Shown one piece after another: positions 9,662 through 20,243 of a stretch of 64,000 nt of DNA. Under the pieces are notes generated by a model. The model was not told the origin of the DNA and ran no database searches. It saw nothing but the letters and a program-made list of their open reading frames with translations. Numbering within the stretch: the stretch's first letter is position 1; the number at the start of each line of letters is the position of its first letter. A program made the position numbers and the translations under genes. The DNA is from an uncultured delta proteobacterium. GTDB lineage: Bacteria > Desulfobacterota > RBG-13-43-22. The DNA lies in the NCBI GenBank assembly GCA_963802945.1, contig CAWDKY010000029.1, forward strand, positions 160,001-224,000, read 5' to 3'.

Positions 9662-10264
9662 TCATGTTTTAGAATAAATAATAGCGGCGCTTGTTTTATC
9701 GGGATATTTGCCCTTAACAGTCAGATAAAAATTACTAATGGTCCGCATGTCTTGATCCAGATCGCCAGTGGGATATATTAGCGGTCCTGCTCCACCGGTT
9801 TTGCTAGCATAATCGAGAAACGCAAGCTGAATGGGAACATGGGCACTAACCGCAATATGATAAAACCCTGATTTCCAGTAACCTGTTTTATGACGGGTGC
9901 CCTCTGGAGTCAGGGCAAGAATAAATTTCTTGCTTTCATTGAAAGTAGATATCATTTGATCCACGATACGGCTTGCTAATGCCCTGTCGATCGGGATGCC
10001 TCCCAGCCACTTCATAAGTGGGGAGAAAGGCCAGCGGAACAATTCTTTTTTTGCTATAAAGCGGACGTCAAGGTTCAACGCGAAGGCCAGGATAATTCCA
10101 TAGAATAAGTCCCAGTTAGATGTGTGTGGTGCAAGAACAATGACATATTTGGCCTGACTGGGTAACGGCCCTTTTTTCTTCCAGCCGAGTATTTTTAAAA
10201 GAAACAGGGAGATACCAAGGAAAAATGCTTTTAAGACCGGTGTATTAAAAATGGTGTAACGCAT
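9662..10264 (-). CDS. PlsC-family lysophospholipid acyltransferase
   Basis: 'APHTSNWD' (HxxxxD) and 'PEGTR' motifs. Confidence 0.92.
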   Translation of the reverse strand: MRYTIFNTPVLKAFFLGISLFLLKILGWKKKGPLPSQAKYVIVLAPHTSNWDLFYGIILAFALNLDVRFIAKKELFRWPFSPLMKWLGGIPIDRALASRIVDQMISTFNESKKFILALTPEGTRHKTGYWKSGFYHIAVSAHVPIQLAFLDYASKTGGAGPLIYPTGDLDQDMRTISNFYLTVKGKYPDKTSAAIIYSKT

Positions 10265-10382
10265 AACGTTTCACCCCTAATTTTTGATAGAACTTGCTTT
10301 TTGATGGGAAGAGTATAAGGCAAGAAAAGGACTGGGGCAAGGAGAAAAACAGGGCGGAAGAAAAAGGAGCAGGCACTTCAAT

Positions 10383-10423
10383 AAAAAAGGGGGGGAATGT
10401 TCATTCATCCCCCTTCCTTTTTT
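10383..10423 (-). terminator. Probable intrinsic terminator downstream of the csp gene
   Basis: G-rich/C-rich stem flanked by A and T runs just past the stop at 10440. Confidence 0.5.
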
Positions 10424-10439
10424 GATGATTAACGAAAGG

Positions 10440-10643
10440 TTACAGAATCGTCACATTGGCTGCGGCTGGGCCTTTTGGGCCCTGCTCAATATCAAAGCTT
10501 ACCCGCTGGCCTTCTTGCAAGGTTCTAAATCCAGCCATACTGATGGCTGAGTGGTGGATAAAAACGTCTTTATCCTGACCGTCCACATCAATAAAGCCAA
10601 AACCTTTGTTCTCGTTAAACCACTTTACGCTTCCTTCTGCCAT
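10440..10643 (-). CDS. cspA: Cold-shock protein
   Basis: '[15 protein letters not shown]...DVFIHHSAI...[10 protein letters not shown]'. Confidence 0.95.
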   Translation of the reverse strand: MAEGSVKWFNENKGFGFIDVDGQDKDVFIHHSAISMAGFRTLQEGQRVSFDIEQGPKGPAAANVTIL

Positions 10644-11246
10644 AGTCTTATCCCTCCTCCTGAATTATTTCTCAAGTTGGGATACGACATGCCAAAAAAA
10701 AAGCATCGAAGATAAATTCTCCGATGCCTGTGCTCACCGAATTGTTCACCAACTTCGACCGTCATTTACACCGTACGGAGTCCATAACGGGTTTCTTGTA
10801 TATAAGATAAGCCCTTTATTCAGATAAGTCAAGTACTCTTTTTCGCCGGCCTCTTTTCGTAAAGTGCGAATGTCAAACCTGAAGGAACAATGCCCATTCT
10901 TTTGGGCTGTTTGTTTCCTCACCAGAGCCCGGAATTTCTTGGGCCACGTCTTTAGCCTCCTCTTCCAGGGATTGGGCCTTGTTTAAGTGGGCGGCTAACG
11001 ATTATCGATTGAAATCTTTTCTTTTTATAAAAATTGAGATTTGAGGAGTTTAGGAAGTTATAATTATTTTCTCTACCAGTTTGCCCATACCAAATGAAGG
11101 CTGTTGGATCTTCCTTTTTCAGGGGTTCATAGTGGATTTGGATATTCAGTCTGCCAGCGACATATTCAATTTGGATCAGAAGTTCATTGTGGGTCAGAGA
11201 TTAAAATAACCATCAACCCACATAATATTCCAATAGTAGGCAATGT

Positions 11247-11453
11247 CTAAACTGGGCTAAGTATACTAAACATTTCTATCACTAAAGGACATGGCGATGT
11301 ATTTTTATCTACGTATTGACATTCTTCCTGATTGCATTTAACAAAATAATCTTTTTTATATTTGAGACCAAAATTAACTTTATTTTTTAGACAAATTTTA
11401 ACATCTTCACTGATCACTTTACAATAATAATCTTGAATGTTTCTTTTTGCCAT
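11247..11453 (-). CDS. Small Cys-containing hypothetical protein
   Basis: 68-aa ORF with RBS and spaced cysteines (C..C..CNQEEC..CPL). Confidence 0.5.
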   Translation of the reverse strand: MAKRNIQDYYCKVISEDVKICLKNKVNFGLKYKKDYFVKCNQEECQYVDKNTSPCPLVIEMFSILSPV

Positions 11454-11478
11454 TTCTTATCCCTAATGAAAGGTTGCC
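11451..11478 (+). repeat. 28-bp direct repeat, copy 2
   Basis: Matches 6162-6189; contains the RBS and start of the 11247-11453 ORF. Confidence 0.8.
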
Positions 11479-11552
11479 CTTAAAAAAACTTAATAAAATT
11501 ATTTAAATATTTTATCTCTTATCTACTCAAAAGTCAATTGAGTTCAATCCCC

Positions 11553-12490
11553 GGTAGTGGGTCAGTTTGAAAAGAAGAGCTTTTATTTGCATATCTCATT
11601 CCCCTTGATAGTATATTTATTATGGGGATCGTTTTTACTGTCATCCTTGGCCTTATTCAATTATTTTTGGCCGGATTGGGGGTTTTTGTGTCTCTAAAGC
11701 CCCCACAACCACGATATCATCGTTTATTAATTATTCTTTTTTTATTTTTAGGGATAGGAGGGATTATAATAGGAATATGCCAACAATACCAAAATAATTT
11801 AACATCAGAACAACTGATGGCCAAAATTATTAATATTGATAAAACGGCAGCAGAGATAGCGACAAATATTAAAAATTTTAAACCAAAAGAAACAGAAATC
11901 AGTAAAACTATTATTTCATCCCTAAAAATAAAAAAAGAACCTGAGATCCCAGAAAAATCCAAAGTTACAGAAAAGGAATCTATAAAGGATATTGAAAAAG
12001 GCATAACAGACCTAAAAAGAATGATCGCAGGACAAACATGGGGACTAAATGCGGAACAATTAATTAAATTATCTAAGCGGATGACACCGTTTGCAAAGAC
12101 GGAAGATAGGGGTGATTTAATTTGGTGTGTCTTAGGTGATTCCGACAGTACCAAGTTCGCTGTTAGTTTGGTGGCTGCTTTTAGGACTGCGGGATGGCAA
12201 CTTAAGGGATATTATGGCATGAATCAAGCTCTTTTTCCTGGAAACCCAACCGGAATAATAATAATTCTTAATTCAAAAGATGCAAACCCCGCAGGTGTAC
12301 GAGAGTTGATAATTACTTTGCGAGAATCTGGAATTGAACCAACCGAGGAAATTGATACCGATATTCCTCCCAACCATTTTCGCATCATTGTTGGAAGAAA
12401 GCCTTAGGAGAGACTATAATAATCCAATAATATCCTCAATCTCCCAAAGCCGTCACCCCCGCTTCCATTGCCGGAGTGTTCACGCCTCAC
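11553..12490 (-). mobile_element. Remnant of an IS1-family-like element carrying a passenger gene
   Basis: Terminal sequence GGTAGTGGGTCAGTTTGAAA (11553-11572). Degenerate transposase C-terminus 'TPAMEAGVT / WEIEDIIGLL*' on minus strand ending at 12414. Confidence 0.6.
11622..12407 (+). CDS. Hypothetical membrane protein (two N-terminal TM helices), AT-rich passenger gene
   Basis: 261-aa ORF with two hydrophobic segments, lying between the IS end and the transposase remnant. Confidence 0.7.
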   Translation: MGIVFTVILGLIQLFLAGLGVFVSLKPPQPRYHRLLIILFLFLGIGGIIIGICQQYQNNLTSEQLMAKIINIDKTAAEIATNIKNFKPKETEISKTIISSLKIKKEPEIPEKSKVTEKESIKDIEKGITDLKRMIAGQTWGLNAEQLIKLSKRMTPFAKTEDRGDLIWCVLGDSDSTKFAVSLVAAFRTAGWQLKGYYGMNQALFPGNPTGIIIILNSKDANPAGVRELIITLRESGIEPTEEIDTDIPPNHFRIIVGRKP

Positions 12491-12534
12491 ATACAGCCTT
12501 CCTACCCACCTTAACGTTTTTATCAACTGTAGCC

Positions 12535-12669
12535 AAAGTGTAACTGTCTTAACCGAAAATAACCCAATGTAACCCAAGCTAATCCAATTTGGTCTCTGTA
12601 ACTGATTGATATTTAAGGAGTTGAAATTTAACGGGAAATCGCCTTAGACAGTTCTTGACTATAAATCCC
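12535..12669. repeat. att-like direct repeat copy 1 (displaced 3' end of the tRNA methyltransferase gene plus arm/IHF region)
   Basis: Ungapped 135-bp similarity to 23950-24084; identical core ACGGGAAATCGCCTTAGACAG; IHF consensus TATCAATCAGTTA on minus strand. Confidence 0.85.
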
Positions 12670-13063
12670 ACGACCCTCACGGTCACGTCGATTGAATTCT
12701 GACCTCCGGTGCCAACAGAAAAAATACAATGGGGTCCTTTGGGGCCCTTGCTTATAGATTCTATTGGCTGTTGCGCCTACCATCTTTCAGAATTCCTTCT
12801 TGCTGTCCATGTAATACCGGCCTGTCTTCTAAGTCTATTTTAGGCGCCTGTGCCCATGCTGTGCCTAACTTGTGCCGGTTGTCTTTTGTAATCCGATCTT
12901 GCTCGATAATATTGCCCCTCTCTTGATGGTACTCAACAACTTTTTTGGATGCCTCCCCAGAAACGACTCCGCATAAGCAATACAAGATCAGCTAACTCAA
13001 GAAAATTCTTCCCTAATGGGACTTCGAAAGAATTCATCTGTTGAATACCATATAATTCTAGGT

Positions 13064-14365
13064 TTATTTATTTTTCAGATAGATAGTCTTAAGCTTATCC
13101 AGGCGATCCTTGGAGAAGAAGATGCAGTCCGTTTTTTGGGCCTCACCGGAAGCAATATCTAAGGCCAAGGTTCTGCAATTCGGTGTACCGCACAATCCGC
13201 AGTTAATTCCGGGCAGTGCGGCCAGCACGGTTTCAGCCTCCTGTCTTTTCTTGATACGCTCCTTTAAACTGCCCCCATCTTCTTTGAGTGGTCTTGGCAA
13301 AAGAGGTGCTTTAATGAAAAAATCTTCGTTGGGGTAACGTTTTTGTACTTCCGCTTCGATCCACGGATCCCTTCCGGGAAGTTCGGTAATCAAACGTTGT
13401 AGCTTGTTGACCGAAGCGTAGAAATTATCAACGGTCAGGTTCCCATTGATACATCCGGCCCAGCAGCTATAGCATTCCATGAAGTCTATGTTGCGCAGTT
13501 TCCCCTTTTCTATATCGTCGAAGACGCGAATGATATTCGACAAGCCGGTTAAAGAAAGATAACGATAGCCGTGAAGATTATCGAGTTGCCCTCTGGACAG
13601 TGACCACTGGAGCATCTGCCTGTCGAGATGAAAATCCTTTGATCGAAGCGTTTGATCGTTTTCCTTATGGGCATAGGTTGCCTCCAAAATGCCGTTGTAG
13701 ACATCGTGAAAAGAGATCGCCCCATCCAGATTGCTTTTAACTCCCTCGGCCGGGGTAAAAATAGACATGGTTTTCGCTTGACAGGAAGTTATATAGATGG
13801 CCGCCACCTCATCTTGGCTGATGCCCAGCTTGTCAGCGTATCTTAACTTTACCTCTCGGCCGGCGAGTTCACGGGGCGGCAGGATGGGGATAAGTTGTTC
13901 GACCATCTCAGGATAGGAGACTTGGATCAGCCTGACGACAACCGGGCAGGAGCTTGATATCAGGGGAAGGCGGCCTTTCCATTTTTCCACATAATCCCGA
14001 ATGGCCCGATTAATAAGGGCTACTTCGACCGCGAATGGCCAGACGGCATCAAAGCCGAGAGATTTGAGGCCCTCAACAATATGAGCGGGCGATACACCTG
14101 GTGGGAACTGGCCGAAGAGAACAGGCGAGGGGACAGCGACTTTATATTTGAAATCCCAGACTTCCTTTAGAGGGCGCGTTGCCGCCGATATCGCCCCGGA
14201 AGGGCAGGCCTTCAGGCAGGAGCCGCAATCAATACACAGTTCCGATAAAAGACTGGCCTTGCCTTCTTTGACCCGGATTGCCTGGGTAGGACAGACCCGC
14301 ATACAGGCCAGCTTACCTTGGCATTGGTTATAATCAATATTGAAGCTGTAGCTCTTTTCAGACAT
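13064..14365 (-). CDS. [FeFe]-hydrogenase-like protein with N-terminal 2x[4Fe-4S] and C-terminal FeS domain (putative sensory/regulatory type)
   Basis: Ferredoxin motifs; divergent H-cluster motifs SSSCPVV, TSCQAK, ECYSCWAGCING; C-terminal LPGINCGLCGTPNC. Confidence 0.85.
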   Translation of the reverse strand: MSEKSYSFNIDYNQCQGKLACMRVCPTQAIRVKEGKASLLSELCIDCGSCLKACPSGAISAATRPLKEVWDFKYKVAVPSPVLFGQFPPGVSPAHIVEGLKSLGFDAVWPFAVEVALINRAIRDYVEKWKGRLPLISSSCPVVVRLIQVSYPEMVEQLIPILPPRELAGREVKLRYADKLGISQDEVAAIYITSCQAKTMSIFTPAEGVKSNLDGAISFHDVYNGILEATYAHKENDQTLRSKDFHLDRQMLQWSLSRGQLDNLHGYRYLSLTGLSNIIRVFDDIEKGKLRNIDFMECYSCWAGCINGNLTVDNFYASVNKLQRLITELPGRDPWIEAEVQKRYPNEDFFIKAPLLPRPLKEDGGSLKERIKKRQEAETVLAALPGINCGLCGTPNCRTLALDIASGEAQKTDCIFFSKDRLDKLKTIYLKNK

Positions 14366-14795
14366 TCAGATTGTGCCTAATACGGGCCGAAAGCGTCGTT
14401 CCTTCCCCTACAGAGGATTCGATGATTAAATGGTCCGCATTCTTCCTAATGTTGGGCAATCCCATTCCAAAGCCAAAGCCCATCTCCCGCATCTCATCCG
14501 AGGCAGTCGAATAGCCTTCCTGCATGGCCTGGTCGATATCGGCTATGCCCGGACCTTTATCGGCAATTTCCAGATCGATTTCTTCGTCGGTGATGATAAA
14601 ATTCAGGGTTGCGGACTTGGCATACATGACGACATTCATCTCAGCCTCAAAGGCCACCACAACCGTCCGGCGTATGATGCCGGGATCGATATTGAGCCCT
14701 TTGAGTATTTCTTTTATTTCCGTCGAGGCCTCTCCTGCTCCATCAAAATTGCGGCCGTAAATCTTGAAAGCCTTTCTGAACAATTCTTCGGCCAT
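14358..14795 (-). CDS. RsbT/RsbW-like anti-sigma Ser/Thr kinase (HATPase_c)
   Basis: 'FEAEMNVVMYA', 'DKGPGIADIDQAMQEGYSTA', 'GFGFGMGLPN'. Confidence 0.88.
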   Translation of the reverse strand: MAEELFRKAFKIYGRNFDGAGEASTEIKEILKGLNIDPGIIRRTVVVAFEAEMNVVMYAKSATLNFIITDEEIDLEIADKGPGIADIDQAMQEGYSTASDEMREMGFGFGMGLPNIRKNADHLIIESSVGEGTTLSARIRHNLNV

Positions 14796-14797
14796 GA

Positions 14798-15142
14798 CTA
14801 CATGGCCCCTTTCAGGCCATGTTCGCGCAAGATGCCGCAAACGTCGAACATCCCCAGCTCGGTCGCCAGGACGGGTATTCCCTTTTGCTGGGCAAAGTTG
14901 ATGGTCTTCTCATTCGGCCGCTTTCCGCGGATATAGACTATGGCTCGAACATCAGCCACATCAGCCGTCCTGACCGACTGGATATTGGTCAGACCGGTGA
15001 TCATCAGCGCCCCCGGGCAGTAAAAGGCTAAAATTTCACTCATCCCATCGGAGGCCACGACGCTATCTACTTCAAAGGACAGATCCGGATCGGGCGTCAG
15101 CAGTTCGCATTGTAAAATTCTTTTGATTTCTTTGAGCTTCAT
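14798..15142 (-). CDS. DRTGG-domain protein
   Basis: 'ASDGMSEILAF..GALMITGLTNIQSVRTA...IVYIRGKRP'. Confidence 0.85.
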   Translation of the reverse strand: MKLKEIKRILQCELLTPDPDLSFEVDSVVASDGMSEILAFYCPGALMITGLTNIQSVRTADVADVRAIVYIRGKRPNEKTINFAQQKGIPVLATELGMFDVCGILREHGLKGAM

Positions 15143-15158
15143 CTTGTCTTCGGCTTCT

Positions 15159-16553
15159 TCAGATTTTTAAAAGGGTTTCGTGTATCGATTTGGCCGCCTT
15201 CCTTCCGGCACCCATGGCACTGATAACCGTGGCTGCCCCGGTGACCACGTCGCCTCCGGCCCAAATTCTGTCGCGCGAGGTCTTTCCGGTCGCTTCATCG
15301 GCTTCAATATTCCCTTTCTTACCGACGGCCAGGCCCGGTGTGGTCATGGGAATCAGTGGATTCGGGCTGTTGCCGATAGCACAAACGACGGCATCGGCCT
15401 TCATTCTGAATTCAGAACCTATGATGGGTACAGGGCTCCGGCGTCCCGAAGCATCCGTTTCACCGAGTTCCATTTTTTGGCACTCGATTTCGGTCAGCCA
15501 GCCTTGCTCGTTACCGATAAGTCTTAAAGGTAAAGTCAGGAAGTCGAAAATAACCCCTTCTTCTTCGGCATTCTCCACTTCTTCCAGCCTGGCCGGTAAC
15601 TCTTCACGACTTCGACGATAGACGATGTGGGCTTCGTCCGCCCCCAGTCGTAAGGCGGTCCTGGCCGAGTCCATGGCCACGTTCCCGCCGCCGAAGACCG
15701 CCACTCTGGTCGGGCGCTTCATCGGGGTGTCACTGGCCGGAAACCGATAACCCTTCATCAGATTGCAGCGGGTAAGATACTCATTGGCCGAGTAGACGCC
15801 GTTCAGGTTTTCTCCCGGTATCCCCATAAACCAGGGCAGACCGGCTCCGGCTCCGATAAAGATGGCCTCGAACTCTTGTAGCAGGCTTTCGATCGTTCTG
15901 GTCTTGCCGATGATATAGTCCAGATAGAGTTTTACCCCCAGGCTTTTGACATATTCAACTTCGCGTTTGACAATGGCTTTCGGCAGCCGAAATTCAGGAA
16001 TGCCGTAAGTCAAGACGCCGCCCGCTTCGTGAAGGGCTTCATAGATATTGATTTCGTACCCGAGCAGCGCCAGATCATTGGCTACGGTAATGCCCGACGG
16101 GCCGGAACCGACTACGGCGATTTTTTTGCCGTTGAGAGGGGCCATTTCGGGTCTTTCACTCTTTCCATCAGCCGCTTCACGGTCCGATAAGAAGCGTTCA
16201 AGGCGTCCTATGGACACTGCCCCGCCCTTTTTGCCCAGAACACAACGACGCTCACACTGCTCTTCCTGCGGACAGACACGGCCGCAGACGGCAGGAAGGG
16301 CGTTCGTTTCTTTGATTTTTTTTATACCACCAATATAATCCCCTTCAACGATACAGTGGATAAAAGCCGGAATATTGATCCCCACCGGACAACCTTGACT
16401 GCACATGGGTTTTTTACAGTTCAGGCAGCGGCCCGCTTCTTCACGGGCCAGGACATCCGTATAACCCAGGGCAACCTCATCGAAATTTCTAATGCGTTCG
16501 AAAGGCTCCTGCTTCGGCATGTCCCGACGTTTATAATCGATCTCTTTGGCCAA
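15159..16553 (-). CDS. nfnB: NfnB / GltD-like NADPH-dependent flavoprotein
   Basis: 'RCLNCKKPMCSQGCPV', 'CGRVCPQEEQCE', GSGPSG and GGGNVAMD Rossmann motifs; adjacent to nfnA. Confidence 0.88.
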   Translation of the reverse strand: MAKEIDYKRRDMPKQEPFERIRNFDEVALGYTDVLAREEAGRCLNCKKPMCSQGCPVGINIPAFIHCIVEGDYIGGIKKIKETNALPAVCGRVCPQEEQCERRCVLGKKGGAVSIGRLERFLSDREAADGKSERPEMAPLNGKKIAVVGSGPSGITVANDLALLGYEINIYEALHEAGGVLTYGIPEFRLPKAIVKREVEYVKSLGVKLYLDYIIGKTRTIESLLQEFEAIFIGAGAGLPWFMGIPGENLNGVYSANEYLTRCNLMKGYRFPASDTPMKRPTRVAVFGGGNVAMDSARTALRLGADEAHIVYRRSREELPARLEEVENAEEEGVIFDFLTLPLRLIGNEQGWLTEIECQKMELGETDASGRRSPVPIIGSEFRMKADAVVCAIGNSPNPLIPMTTPGLAVGKKGNIEADEATGKTSRDRIWAGGDVVTGAATVISAMGAGRKAAKSIHETLLKI

Positions 16554-16623
16554 CGCGCTCTACCTCCAAAATTAAAATGAGGGCTTGGAAATCAGTTCGA
16601 TCCTACAATTTTTCAATAAGGTA

Positions 16624-17457
16624 TCAAAAGTGAGAAGCGCAACCGCTTTTGCGTAACGGATGAACTTCTTCGGGATTGTAAGTCCGACGCCTATTCAGAA
16701 ATTCATCCCAGTCGACTTCATGACCGTCAAAGTCAGGACCGTCGACGCAGGCAAACTTGGTCTTACCGCCAACCGTAAGCCGGCAGACTCCGCACATCCC
16801 GGTCCCGTCGATCATGATGGGATTCATATTGACCATGGTCTTGATGCCCATCGGCTTGGTGACCTGCGAGACCTTCATCATCTGGAAAGTGCACCCGTTG
16901 ACGATGACCCGATCCGGCTTGATTTTTTCCAGGGTCAGTATCTCGGGCAGCCGGTTGAGATGCCCTTTGTACCCGGCCGTACCGTCACGGACGATCTCAA
17001 TCACCCGGTCCGAAACCGCTTTAAACCGATCCTGCCAATAAAGAAGATAGGAACTACGCGCCTCCAGGAGGGTATAAACCGTATTCCCCCTCTCCTTCAA
17101 GGCGCGGGCAATGGGATAAATACTTCCGATGCCGTAACAACCGCCGATGCAAAGCACGGTTCCGAAGTGATTGATTTCCGTCTCTCGACCGAGAGGTCCG
17201 GCATAAGTGGGAATCTCGTCACCGGGTTTGAGTCTGGCCAACTTGGCGGTTGATGCCCCTACTTGCATGAATATGCTGGTTACTAGGCCGGTTTCTTTAT
17301 CCCAATCGGCAACGGAAAGAGGAATGCGCTCACCGTTTTCATCCGGCCGGACTATGACGAAATTGCCCGGACGAATGGATCCGGCGACGTCCGGTGCTTC
17401 GATTGTAAATTCGTGCAGGTTGGGAACGATCATCCGGCGTTCGATTACTCGATACAT
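16624..17457 (-). CDS. nfnA: NfnA / PyrK-like FAD and [2Fe-2S] subunit
   Basis: 'GERIPLSVAD', 'MIDGTGMCGVCR...FACVDGPDFDGH'. Confidence 0.88.
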   Translation of the reverse strand: MYRVIERRMIVPNLHEFTIEAPDVAGSIRPGNFVIVRPDENGERIPLSVADWDKETGLVTSIFMQVGASTAKLARLKPGDEIPTYAGPLGRETEINHFGTVLCIGGCYGIGSIYPIARALKERGNTVYTLLEARSSYLLYWQDRFKAVSDRVIEIVRDGTAGYKGHLNRLPEILTLEKIKPDRVIVNGCTFQMMKVSQVTKPMGIKTMVNMNPIMIDGTGMCGVCRLTVGGKTKFACVDGPDFDGHEVDWDEFLNRRRTYNPEEVHPLRKSGCASHF

Positions 17458-17527
17458 CTTTTACCTTCCCCAAATGGTTTACAAATTAATAAGGGGCTTG
17501 GCTGAAAGCCCACTTCTTTGCAAATTA

Positions 17528-17598
17528 CGTCATGCCGGACTTGATCCGGCATCCAGGGATTTGGGTTTTTCTGGACCCCGGCTTTCGCCGGGGTGACG
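17528..17598. repeat. Palindromic REP-like element
   Basis: CGTCATGCCGGACTTGATCCGGCATCCAG...CTGGACCCCGGCTTTCGCCGGGGTGACG; same family at 26257 and 29378. Confidence 0.8.
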
Positions 17599-17694
17599 GC
17601 AATACATGATCTGAAAAATTTAGGCCTGGTTTACATCGTTCTTTTAAGGTCCCCGTAGGGCGGACAAATTAAACCCCGGTCCTATCGGGGCCAA

Positions 17695-20236
17695 TTATTT
17701 ACTTTTCTGATCCATAGCTTTCCCTGCCGGCCGCACAATGACCTTGATCGGATTGGCTTTTAACCGATAGAGCGGCTCTAAGTTTTGGCGAGCGGTTAAA
17801 CCTCCAAAACTGGACGGCTTATAAAAATAGATCACCCCTGCCGGGCAATCCGCATCGGCCTTGGCCATCACGGCGATCTCAAGACCGGTTACTGAAATAG
17901 CCATCTGATCTCCATCCTGGATACCCAGCCTGATGAGATCGTCGGGATTCATCCGGAAGCCTTCTTCCAAGGCCAGTTCGGAAAGCCCTTCCACGACATA
18001 GGAAAGATCAATACCGCGATGCCTGAAACCGGCCGGCTCGGCGATGAGCAGATAATCACCTGGTCCTTTGACAGGTTTCTTGAAACGGTCGATCGGAAGA
18101 TCGATCCGTGGTCTAAGGAGACGCGGCTCTCTATCCGGCATCTCAGGAAATTCTGGAACGGTTTGATGGATCTCCTTCCGGATGTCCTCCGCCTTAGTGT
18201 ATGGCAGGGCCGTGCAATCAAGCTTTTGGGCCAATTCGGAAAAGATGGTCCAATCAGGTCGGACAAAACCGGTAACGGCGCTGTCCGGAAGGTCCTCGAT
18301 CTTTATCAGCTCCTGGACTCTACCCTCTATGTTGGTAATGGTCCCTTCGGCTTCAGCAAAGCTGGCGGCTGGAAGGAAGGCATCGATCTCAAATGGCGGA
18401 TAGTAAATATCCTGGGCAATGACATATTCACAATCCGGCCGCTCAAAGAAAGGGACTTCTCCCACCAGGTAAATCACCTTCGGTTTTTTGCGCTTTTCGA
18501 TGACCTCGGCCAAGGAAATCCCTTTGTTTTTCGAGGGTCCGATCCCAGGAAGCAGTTCACCGAAGACCCCAAGTTCAAAGGCGCCTCTGACATTCGTCCC
18601 GTTGTATAGAGGCATAAAGATCGTCTCCGGGCGCTTGGCCAATCTCAAAACCGCCTCGAACATTTTTTCATTGCGGTCATATCCCAAAACTGTCGGCCCG
18701 ATGATGACCGCCAAATTTTTGCCTGAGGCGATGGCTTCTATGGCTTTTTGGAGCTGGTCTTTATCAACCCCGGCCTGGAGAGCAATCTTTTTGAGATCGC
18801 ATTTCTCTTTCTCTAAGCTTTGGGCTAGTGTCTCAAGGATGAGCCCTTCCTGAGTAGGAGTCGGCTTTAACGAAAAATCCGTATAACGGACCAGGTTCGA
18901 ATCACGGGCGTCGACGGTGATCAGCTGAGCCCCTTTCTGCAAGGCACGCCGGATTTGGACTCCGATCACGGAGAAATAAAAGCGGGAATCAAGACCGATG
19001 GCGATAATGGAATCGGCCTCGGCTATACCCTTGATCGAGATGGGCAGAGAGAAGAGTTTGGTCCACAGGCCCAGTCCGCCCGGCAGGTTAAGACGGGCGG
19101 TGGAATCGATACTATCACTGCCCAGGCACTCTCGGACAAACTTTTGGGCGCTGTAAAGACTTTCGTTGGTCAGATCGGCTGAGACGACCATCAGGAATTC
19201 CTCGGGTTTGAGGCCTTTGAGCCTGCCGGAAACCTCCTCCAGGGCTTCGTTCCAGGTTACTTCGCGGAAATATTTTCCCTTCCTGAGCATCGGCTTTTTA
19301 GTCCGCTCGTGATAATGGGTCGTCTCCGGCAGGGAGAAGCGACCGCGCACACAGAGTTGGCCATCGTTGATCTCGGCCTCCAGGTTGGGAAGGACTTTTG
19401 AAAGCCGTCCGTCCTTGTGAACCAGTTCAAGGCGGCATCCGATCCCACAGAAGGGACAGGTCGAGACCAAGGTCCCATCGGGCTTTCCGTCCCACTTTGA
19501 GCTCTTCTCGGCCAAGGCCCCGGTCGGACAGACCGAAACACAGGCCCCACAGAACTCGCAGCCGGCCTGAATGTGGCTTTTACCAAAGGCCGGGCCGATC
19601 TGAACCTTTGGCCCTCGGTATTTAAAGGCCAGGATCGAGGTCCCGCGCACTTCCTGACACATTCGTACACAGCGGCCGCAAAGGATGCATATATTATAGT
19701 CTCGATCGAAAAAAGGATCATCATGCTCGGCTTCATAACCGCGGTAATACACCGGATAGGTTATTTCGGTTACCCCCACTTTTTCCACGACGGTTTGCAG
19801 TTCACATTGGCCGTCATTTGGACAATAGCGGCAGCCGGTGGCCACGCCGGTTTTCCGGATGGTGTACTGATATTGCTTGCACTCCTCTTTTTCAGAGCAA
19901 ACCAGACAGACTCGAGGGATGTTCGCTGAGGATGAGTTGGAGGATCTCCTGGCGCATATCTCGCAACGTGGCCGTATCGGTAAGAACTTTCATGCCTTCC
20001 TGGGCGACGGTGCTGCAGGCCAAGGGATAGCCCCTCATGCCCTCGATCTCCACCACACACATCCGGCAACCGCCGAAAGGAGAGAGATCTTTATGGGAGC
20101 AGAGCGAGGGAATATAGATATGGTTTAATTCCGCAGCCCTCAGAACGGTAACCCCTTCCGAAAAATGGATCGGGCGATGGTCGATTTCCATTTTCAAAGC
20201 AGGTCTAATGTTGGCTTGGGTTTCTTTGGCAGTCAC
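17695..20236 (-). CDS. NuoG/FdhA-like FeS subunit (HydA/BfuA-like), split by a 1-nt frameshift near 19910
   Basis: 'IPSLC...GGCRMCVVEI...ACST' [2Fe-2S], HxxxCxxC, CILCGRCVRMC, CEFCGACVSVCP, STCPFCGIGC, and molybdopterin-oxidoreductase-like C-terminus. Confidence 0.85.
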
Positions 20237-20243
20237 GGTAGCC

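Noticed and set aside
15159-16553. Glutamate synthase small subunit function
   Set aside because: No gltB is nearby, and pairing with the PyrK-like gene indicates NfnAB.
19892-19894. TGA as selenocysteine in a formate dehydrogenase
   Set aside because: The TGA results from a one-base shift; removing it restores HxxxCLVC. The active-site position encodes Asn, not Sec.
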